Shown in pieces: positions 16,378 through 23,365 of a stretch of 32,000 bases of DNA. The translations under genes were made by a program, and so were the position numbers. The stretch comes from Candidatus Lokiarchaeum ossiferum (GTDB lineage: Archaea; Asgardarchaeota; Lokiarchaeia; Sigyniarchaeales; Promethearchaeaceae), in NCBI GenBank assembly GCA_025839675.1, contig CP104013.1, positions 5,460,001-5,492,000 of the forward strand. The letters are read 5' to 3'. Under the pieces are notes generated by a model. The model saw only the letters and a program-made list of their open reading frames with translations. It was not told the DNA's origin and ran no database searches. How positions within the stretch are numbered: position 1 is the stretch's first letter; every line of letters starts with the position of its first letter.

Positions 16378-17055
16378 ATGATAATCATGAAAAATGTACC
16401 CATATCCGATGAATTATTCAATAGAGTTATGAAATATCAAGAAGATAAAAGCCTTGAAGCCTTTGAACCCGTCGCAAAACGAATGATGGGGATCTATGAT
16501 CTTTCTCCGACTCAAGAAAAGAAAATAATGTTGATTGGGGAAGCAGGTGTTGGAAAATCGACTATCCGACAAACCTTTTTCAACTATGACGATCCAAAAA
16601 AAATGCTTGAAAATTCTCTAGAGCCAACCCGTGGAGTTGAAAATTTCAACTATATTATTTCTGACATTAATCTCCTTGTGTTGGATACTGCGGGTCAAGA
16701 AATAGAAGAATTACTTGAAAAAGATCCTGAAATGCATTTTAGCGACGTTGATGCTGTAATATATGTCGTAGATGCTTCCAAATATCAACAAGAGAATATG
16801 AAAATCTATGATTTACTCTATAGAATTAACAAAACTGCGAAATTTTATTCTCCTGAAGTGAAAATTTCGCTATACTTACATAAAATCGATTTGATCAAAG
16901 AAGATGCTGTAAAAACCTTTAAATTCCGTGCGAATTCTCGTCATAAAGGATATGAGTTAACAGAAAAAATTGAAATTCCCATGTTTTTTACTAGCATTGA
17001 AAAGGAGTTTATTAAGCAATTAGAACTCGCATTCTTAAATCTTTTTTATTTATAA
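16378..17055 (+). CDS. Rag/Gtr-like small GTPase, GTPase domain only (no roadblock C-terminal domain)
   Basis: G1 LIGEAGVGKST, switch I EPTRGVE, G3 LDTAGQE, G4 LHKIDL (Rag-type HKxD), G5 FFTSIEKE (compare Rag FRTSIWDE). The protein ends 18 residues after G5. Start is ATG 16378 (track TTG 16375 also possible), 19-22 nt after the upstream stop. Confidence 0.75.
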   Translation: MIIMKNVPISDELFNRVMKYQEDKSLEAFEPVAKRMMGIYDLSPTQEKKIMLIGEAGVGKSTIRQTFFNYDDPKKMLENSLEPTRGVENFNYIISDINLLVLDTAGQEIEELLEKDPEMHFSDVDAVIYVVDASKYQQENMKIYDLLYRINKTAKFYSPEVKISLYLHKIDLIKEDAVKTFKFRANSRHKGYELTEKIEIPMFFTSIEKEFIKQLELAFLNLFYL

Positions 17056-17075
17056 ATTCCATTTAATGGTAGATA

Positions 17076-18035
17076 TTAAATCAATTTTTTTTTTTTTTGC
17101 TCGTCTTGTAGATATATTGAATTTCCTTCAATTATCTCTCCGATTTCATAGAAAATCATTTTAGATTTTTCAATTTCAGCTTGACAATGAGACTTTGTTA
17201 AATTACTACCAGTGATTATAAATCCAGAAGTTAGAAAGAGAAAAAGAAATTCTAAAAGTGTATAAGGCATACGATTTGAATGATATTGTTGGTTAATTTT
17301 TTCAATATCTAAAATTGCACCTTTCTTATTATACTCTAACAATTGAAGCAAAGTCCCCAGAATTCCCCCATTAGATATATCTTTACATGTTGTAATGAGT
17401 TTCCGGGCTATGCAATTGCGAATAAAATCTCTTTTTCCATAAAATTCTTCTGTTTCTTTCATTGTAATCGTGTCCCAATAATACTTATTGGCTGCTGCGG
17501 GTTTTCCATCTATATCCCATACGATTGCAATAAAATTTCCAATTTGCGCATTTTTAGCGGATAAAAAATGAGAAATTTTTGCAGTACCGATTATAGTAGT
17601 TGTTAAATGAGTATTTTCTGAATCTGTAGTAGTATGGCCTCGAATTAAAGGGATGTGAAATTTGTTCGTTGCTTTAAGCATGCCTTTAAATATTTGCTCA
17701 CCTAATTTTGGATCAGCATATTCTACTGTGCTAGTGCATGCAATTGGAATTCCACCTGCAGCCATAATATCGTCAATTCCAACATATATTGAGGAAAAGC
17801 CAGCGCCATAAGGGGATTTTATTACAAATTGAGGTAAAAGAGCATCTGTTGAAATTAGAATTAAATCTTCAGATTCAGGTGTTAAGCGAATTGCTGCAGA
17901 ATCTTCTCCAATGCTCGCATAAATTTGTTCTGATTTATATCCTTGTTCTCGAATCTGGTTTAAAATAGGTTTGAGTTTTTCTTTTTCTTGAATATTTCGC
18001 GAATTTTTAAACCTTTCAATAATGTCATCAAGCAT
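17076..18035 (-). CDS. AIR synthase-related (PurM-like superfamily) ATP-binding protein
   Basis: GEDSAAIRL...LILISTDAL (PurM-type DxAA/D motif), VGIDDIMAAGGIPIA, GHTT, and CKDISNGGILGTLLQL in the C-domain. The subfamily (ThiL/HypE/SelD-like versus an uncharacterised archaeal clade) cannot be resolved by eye. Confidence 0.65.
   Translation of the reverse strand: MLDDIIERFKNSRNIQEKEKLKPILNQIREQGYKSEQIYASIGEDSAAIRLTPESEDLILISTDALLPQFVIKSPYGAGFSSIYVGIDDIMAAGGIPIACTSTVEYADPKLGEQIFKGMLKATNKFHIPLIRGHTTTDSENTHLTTTIIGTAKISHFLSAKNAQIGNFIAIVWDIDGKPAAANKYYWDTITMKETEEFYGKRDFIRNCIARKLITTCKDISNGGILGTLLQLLEYNKKGAILDIEKINQQYHSNRMPYTLLEFLFLFLTSGFIITGSNLTKSHCQAEIEKSKMIFYEIGEIIEGNSIYLQDEQKKKKLI
17085..17098 (+). 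terminator. T14 tract about 30 nt downstream of the GTPase gene stop; candidate archaeal oligo-T terminator
   Basis: A run of 14 T on the plus strand. The same bases are read on the minus strand as AAA codons (QKKKKLI-stop) of the convergent gene. Archaeal RNA polymerase terminates at oligo-T. Confidence 0.4.
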
Positions 18036-18136
18036 TTATAATCAAATGTAAGTTATATATCAAAATTAATTAAAATTGAGAATTTCTCAGAAAAGAAACA
18101 AAGGATTTTTAGATTTGAAAATCCAATATTTTCCTA

Positions 18137-19681
18137 ATGATTAATAAAAATGAGAGTGAAAAAGTATCTTCCTATCCCTTTAATGATTTGCTTGTGAAAG
18201 GATGTGTATTCTCAATCTATTCTGATATGGGTCCTGAAGCAATTTTGTGTTATCCATTACCAAAAGATACATCTTTTTCCTTACTTGATCTTTCCTCTCA
18301 TATATCATCTTTTTCTCAACGTAATTACATGCAAGTTGCTGTAAAAAGCATTTCATTGTTATTGACGGATTATTCTTTCGAAGATAAATCAAATAACTAT
18401 CTTGAAAATATTCATATTTTTGGAGTTTTACCCTATCCAGATATGAAATGTGTCGGTTTGACCTATTTTTGTTATTATTTTTCTTCTAAATCTGATCAAT
18501 ATATACCTGCTACCATTACATTATTTGTACATGAAGATCATAGAAATTTTATTTATGATGCTTTTGATAGATTGAAGCAAGATATACAAAATTTTACTTC
18601 ATCTCTTATTAAGGTGTGTCAAGATCACCATATTTCGTCAGAATTGGGGGCTCAAGATTTTTGGGTGGAAAATTTACCTCGATTCATTAATTTCTTTCAA
18701 AAAATTGAAAAAATCCAATCAAAACCCATTTCGCCTATTACCCAAAAACGGCGGATCAAAATATTATTTACAGGATTAGAAAATACGGGGAAAACAAGTT
18801 TCCTTTTAACAATAAAACGAGAATTCAGTGCATTGCCCAGTTTACTCCCCACCACTGAACCAACAAAGGATAGTCTTGATTTTTTGGGAACAACGATTAT
18901 GAAATGGGATATCCCAGGTCAGAAAGTATTACGGGATGCTATTCTTAAGAATGCTGAACGCTATCTCTATGATTCAGATGTTATCTATTACTTTATTGAT
19001 ATTCAAGATCCACAAATTGCTGATTCTAAGATATTTTTAAGTCAGATTGTTTCTAGTTTAAGTCTATCAGGAATAAAAGTTCCAATTATCTTCATCTTAA
19101 CAAAATGTGATGAAGATATTATTCATTCCAGTAAAATAGCAAACCAGATCCAACACGTAAAAACAATTTTTTCTAATATAGTCAAGGATGTTCCTCATAA
19201 ATATTTTGAAACCTCTATTTTTTCTGATTATAGTATTTTAAATGCTTTTAGCTATGGAATTCGTCAATTATCTCCAAATAAAGAAATGTTAGAGCATCTC
19301 ATGTGGGAATTTATTGGTAGATTGGGTATGATAACTGGTCTCCTATTAAACGAGAACGGAATTGTAATTGCTTCTGCCGATATCTCAGATGGGGATACGA
19401 CAAACAAATTTCCCCATAGTCGAATCTTTGAAATTGCTGCACCTCAGTTTACCACAATCGCTCGCCAGTTTACCCAATATAATCCTCACAAGAGAAATGA
19501 TCTTATTAAATATCAATTTTCAAATGATGATATTGTGCTTCTAAAGAAATTTAAAATACTCGATTTTATGTTTTTCTCCTTATTTTACACAAAGAAACTT
19601 GAGTCCGTGGATCAGCTTGAGCAGAATTTTCCTGTTTTTATAGAAAAGATAAAAAATTTAATAGAAATGTATATTTCTTAA
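18137..19681 (+). CDS. Longin-like / Rag-type GTPase / roadblock-like three-domain protein
   Basis: N-terminal part: VKGCVFSIYSDMGPEAILCYPLP...VKSISLLL...IFGVLPYPDMKCVGLTYF...ATITLFVHEDHRNFIY. GTPase motifs: G1 ILFTGLENTGKTS, G3 WDIPGQ, G4 LTKCDED, G5 ETSIFSD. Roadblock-like stretch: RLGMITGLLLNENGIVIASADIS. Confidence 0.8.
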   Translation: MINKNESEKVSSYPFNDLLVKGCVFSIYSDMGPEAILCYPLPKDTSFSLLDLSSHISSFSQRNYMQVAVKSISLLLTDYSFEDKSNNYLENIHIFGVLPYPDMKCVGLTYFCYYFSSKSDQYIPATITLFVHEDHRNFIYDAFDRLKQDIQNFTSSLIKVCQDHHISSELGAQDFWVENLPRFINFFQKIEKIQSKPISPITQKRRIKILFTGLENTGKTSFLLTIKREFSALPSLLPTTEPTKDSLDFLGTTIMKWDIPGQKVLRDAILKNAERYLYDSDVIYYFIDIQDPQIADSKIFLSQIVSSLSLSGIKVPIIFILTKCDEDIIHSSKIANQIQHVKTIFSNIVKDVPHKYFETSIFSDYSILNAFSYGIRQLSPNKEMLEHLMWEFIGRLGMITGLLLNENGIVIASADISDGDTTNKFPHSRIFEIAAPQFTTIARQFTQYNPHKRNDLIKYQFSNDDIVLLKKFKILDFMFFSLFYTKKLESVDQLEQNFPVFIEKIKNLIEMYIS

Positions 19682-19691
19682 TCGATTTCTT

Positions 19692-20471
19692 TCAATCAAT
19701 TTTCTCGGTTACATTCTCGTTTTCTTCTTCAGATACAATTAGATTATCGTCGGATTTTGTAATAACATTCTTAACTTCATTTTGAGGTCCACTGATGAGA
19801 AATTTTATTTCCTCTCCAATCCACATCAAACTTATAATAAATTCAGGTACGAACTTATGAACAATTAAAACGCATGCAACAGCAATAAAAGAACTTGCAC
19901 TTGAAATAGGATAGTGTAAATCATCCCAGTTTGAACCATTATATAAGGACAGCTGAATCACCATTCGAAGGATATTAACGATATAGAATACAAGGGTAGT
20001 CCAAAATATTGCGAGTAGTTTTCTTCTCCAGATATTATCTTTATTGTTAAAGACTTCCTTAATCCTAGCAAGAATTTTTCTGATAGGTGATGTTTCTGCT
20101 GGTAATTTGGTGGTAGAATTGTCCGATGTATTGTGAGGTATTACCAAAATTACTCCAACAAAGATTGCTATTGCTTGAATTCCGGTACACAATGTCTCCA
20201 TATTAATCGGACCATATCTGGAACCACTTTCAGATACTATTTGATAAACCCATGGATTTAAGGGTCGTGATTCATAAAAAATTAATTCATTTGCATTTCC
20301 TGTTATTAAATTGATTATCGGTAAGGTGATTTTTGCCGAGATTCCATGTAACCATACCCAATCATGCGAAAAATATATGCCCAATGCAATTACTGGTGCT
20401 CCAATAATAAGTATTAGAATTTTGATCCAATCAAACTCATATATTTTTCCATCATAATCTATTTTTCCCAT
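19692..20471 (-). CDS. Archaeosortase/exosortase-family membrane protein (putative)
   Basis: Polytopic membrane protein. A candidate catalytic Cys sits in NMETLCTGIQAIAIFVG (family pattern aCSGi..l), the Arg motif is FYIVNILRMVIQL (N..R), and a later His lies in DDLHYPISS. At 259 aa it is shorter than typical ArtA. Confidence 0.5.
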   Translation of the reverse strand: MGKIDYDGKIYEFDWIKILILIIGAPVIALGIYFSHDWVWLHGISAKITLPIINLITGNANELIFYESRPLNPWVYQIVSESGSRYGPINMETLCTGIQAIAIFVGVILVIPHNTSDNSTTKLPAETSPIRKILARIKEVFNNKDNIWRRKLLAIFWTTLVFYIVNILRMVIQLSLYNGSNWDDLHYPISSASSFIAVACVLIVHKFVPEFIISLMWIGEEIKFLISGPQNEVKNVITKSDDNLIVSEEENENVTEKID

Positions 20472-20715
20472 TAGTAACTGTAAAAAAATATTGTTTTATT
20501 AAAATTGTGATTATACTCCTTTGTTTCTATGGACTAAGATCATTTTAATTTCTGCATAATTAATTTTCCAATGAAGAATTTTTTAAGAGATTTAGTACAC
20601 ATGTTATATATAGAATTTGTAAAAAATACAAAGTTTTTATGAAAAAGAAAGCAATATAAAAATATTCAATTCTGGATGTTCTAAAATTTACATCCTCACT
20701 TAGGAAGATATCACA

Positions 20716-21294
20716 GTGCCTGAAACAATTAATGTTGAAAATAAACGCCATTCTGCTACATACAGTATTCAAAATATTGTTGTTTCAGTGGAATTAAATC
20801 GTGATATTAATCTTAAAAGTATTTGCGAAGCATATAAAGATGCAGAAGAAAATTTAAACAAGTTTCCGGGAATTTGCCTGCGCTTGAAAAAGCCAAAATG
20901 TGCAATCTTGTTGTTTTCCAACGGTAAAATGGTAATTACTGGATTAAAATTATCAAAAGATGCTCCGGTTGTAATAAATCGGGTTATTGATCGATTAAAC
21001 GCGATTGGTATTGAAATAGTTGATGATCCAGAGTGGCGCCTTGTTAATTTAGTTTTAAGTTTAAATTTTCGGCAATCAATTCCTTTAGATGAAGCTGCAT
21101 TACTTTTATCTCATAGTATTTATGAACCCGAAGTCTTTCCTGGTTTAATTTTCCGAATTCAAGAACCTAAAGCAGTTTTTCTCATTTTTAGTTCTGGAAA
21201 GGTTGTTTTAACAGGTTTGAAAGCCGAAAGCCAAATTTTACCTGCAATTAAACTCTTGGGCAAAACATTAAAAGAAAATGGTTTGCTCAACTAA
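20716..21294 (+). CDS. tbp: TATA-box binding protein (archaeal TBP)
   Basis: Two internal TBP repeats. Repeat 1: IQNIVVSVEL...FPGICLRLKKPKCAILLFSNGKMVITGLK. Repeat 2: LVNLVLSLNF...FPGLIFRIQEPKAVFLIFSSGKVVLTGLK. GTG start. Confidence 0.9.
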   Translation: MPETINVENKRHSATYSIQNIVVSVELNRDINLKSICEAYKDAEENLNKFPGICLRLKKPKCAILLFSNGKMVITGLKLSKDAPVVINRVIDRLNAIGIEIVDDPEWRLVNLVLSLNFRQSIPLDEAALLLSHSIYEPEVFPGLIFRIQEPKAVFLIFSSGKVVLTGLKAESQILPAIKLLGKTLKENGLLN

Positions 21295-21383
21295 CTTGAG
21301 TGCAAAATCTCAAAAACCCTAAAATTTTAATTTTCTTCAGTTTTCAAGTTCATATACAAAAATTATTCACATAGTGAAATTTT

Positions 21384-23003
21384 ATGGATGCAAATAAGCC
21401 AGCTGTTTATATTCGGGGGATTTATTCTACTGCCCTAACAAAAATATTCATTGACGCGGGATATCCAATCATTTTCGCATCAAAAGAAATTCGAAAACGC
21501 TTTAATCTCCCATTTAGGCCCAAAAAAGGATATTCAAAAGATATAACTATTAGAGATCGGCTTGATAAACAAGGAGTATCAATCATGTTTAAAAAGCACG
21601 TATGGGAAAAACTTGAAGCTGAAGAATTCAAAGATTTTCCATTGTGGCAAACCAATAATGCTAATTTAATAGTATATAAAGCACGTTTTCACAAAAATGC
21701 TATTTATCGCGGGTTGATTGTTAAATCTAATCGCAATTTTAATTATTCTTATGTTCGTCTTGCCCCAGAATCAATAAATAAAAATGGAGAGCTGGATTCA
21801 GATGATTTTAAAACAACAGTTGCTAGATATGCTCGTTACATCCCTGATTCAAAGGAAGGTATTTTTCAAATCACGCATGAAGATAGCGGTGAAAATTATG
21901 CTTCACTTGGGTCATTTTATACGATTCCAGGAGATTTGATCGTAATCGTACCCTACAATAATAAAGTTATTATCAGCAAAGAAATTACGTATGGGAAGCA
22001 AAAAAAACGTTTATTTGATCTTGGTAAAGAAATTCAACAAACTAAAAAATATGGATTCATATTTCGAACTGCTGCGGAATTAGCAACTAATGACGAAATA
22101 CTCGAAGAGGTAGATCGCTTAGAAAAAGATCTAATTCAAACACAAACTGATATTACACAATTCCCAGATCGGATTGGAGAAATTTATTCTAACTATCGTT
22201 CAATTAATGTTATATTTCCAGCTCAAATGAAAAATGAGTTGGATAATATTCGAAGAACAATCTTACCTACTCTTGAGTCTCACCATATTATTAAATCGTT
22301 GCCAGTGTGGAAAAAAACTGCAAGTGAGCCGAAAAAAGATGATAATAAATTCCAAGACCGAAGAAAATATGATAAAAAGCAATCATTTCGTGAAGAAGAT
22401 GAAGGACAATCTTTGAATTTTGGAAAACTCGTAGATTTTACCGAAAATTTGTTGAAAGGCGTAGACTCATCCCAACATGACACAATACATCAAAATTTCT
22501 TGCATGAATATTACAAAGAAATATTAAAAACCCGGAAATCCTTCTCTGTTTCTCATCAAAAATTAAGTGGAAAAACAATCCATCTATCTTCTGGATATAT
22601 TAAAGCAGTAGAGCTTGAATCTAATCTGCAAAATAAAGTTGTTTTAAAACGAAGAATGCGTGAAGGTGGATTGTATGATGGGCTAAACACGCCCATTGAA
22701 TATGGGGATTATGCTATTGGTGAATATACTCAAGGAAGTTGGTACTATGTGAGTTCCTATTATTCAGCCAACAATGAACTCAAGGGAAGATATTACAATG
22801 TCAATACTCCGATCGAAATTACCGAAGCTGGGATTCATTACATCGATTTAGAGGTGGATGTGGTGGAAAACATGGTTGGAGAAAGAAAAATTATTGATAA
22901 AGACATTTTAGATCATGCTTTGGACATGGGCTTCATTTCTGAGGAAATGTATGCTAAAGCGATAACTCTCGCCGAAAATATTGTAGAAGGACGGGTTGTT
23001 TAA
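21384..23003 (+). CDS. fau-1: FAU-1-type RNA-binding protein / RNase E/G-like ribonuclease with C-terminal DUF402 domain
   Basis: The N-terminus VYIRGIYSTALTKIFIDAGYPI matches the FAU-1 family signature (IRGIYATALTKLL). The C-terminus NELKGRYYNVNTPIE...IHYIDLEVDVV matches the DUF402 pattern. Confidence 0.65.
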   Translation: MDANKPAVYIRGIYSTALTKIFIDAGYPIIFASKEIRKRFNLPFRPKKGYSKDITIRDRLDKQGVSIMFKKHVWEKLEAEEFKDFPLWQTNNANLIVYKARFHKNAIYRGLIVKSNRNFNYSYVRLAPESINKNGELDSDDFKTTVARYARYIPDSKEGIFQITHEDSGENYASLGSFYTIPGDLIVIVPYNNKVIISKEITYGKQKKRLFDLGKEIQQTKKYGFIFRTAAELATNDEILEEVDRLEKDLIQTQTDITQFPDRIGEIYSNYRSINVIFPAQMKNELDNIRRTILPTLESHHIIKSLPVWKKTASEPKKDDNKFQDRRKYDKKQSFREEDEGQSLNFGKLVDFTENLLKGVDSSQHDTIHQNFLHEYYKEILKTRKSFSVSHQKLSGKTIHLSSGYIKAVELESNLQNKVVLKRRMREGGLYDGLNTPIEYGDYAIGEYTQGSWYYVSSYYSANNELKGRYYNVNTPIEITEAGIHYIDLEVDVVENMVGERKIIDKDILDHALDMGFISEEMYAKAITLAENIVEGRVV

Positions 23004-23094
23004 TCGTTTACACGTATATACCCATTTTTTGCCCTTTTTATCAATTTTTGAAAGGCGGTATTTTTTTTAGTAATCTTTCTTTATTGTAATTGAT

Positions 23095-23346
23095 ATGGGA
23101 AAAGTACTTGCTTTCACATTTTTACAGATTGAGCGCCAAAAACGCAATATGGTTAAAGATTACTTGATTAACTTACCCGAAGTTAAGGCCTATTATCGTT
23201 TGACGGGAGCCTACAATGGATTAGTCGAAATTGAAACTAATGATACTGAAGAGATGTACGCTCTCTATTCTGAACATATTGACAATTTGGATGGTATATT
23301 GGAAACCCAAACACAAGTTGTAATTAAGAAATTTTCCGTTCGATAA
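23095..23346 (+). CDS. Stand-alone Lrp/AsnC ligand-binding (RAM) domain protein, no HTH
   Basis: 83 aa: AFTFLQIERQKRNMVKDYLINLPEVKAYYRLTGAYNGLVEIETNDTEEMYALYSEHIDNLDGILETQTQVVIKKF. This fits the beta-alpha-beta-beta-alpha-beta AsnC_trans_reg pattern. Confidence 0.7.
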   Translation: MGKVLAFTFLQIERQKRNMVKDYLINLPEVKAYYRLTGAYNGLVEIETNDTEEMYALYSEHIDNLDGILETQTQVVIKKFSVR

Positions 23347-23365
23347 TGATCTTGGAGATTTTTTG

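Noticed and set aside
20674-20695. Inverted repeat ggatgt-N10-acatcc about 20 nt upstream of the TBP start codon as an operator or RNA hairpin.
   Set aside because: The arms are only 6 bp, there is a single occurrence, and no second copy appears elsewhere in the window. This is too weak to call without comparative or transcript data.
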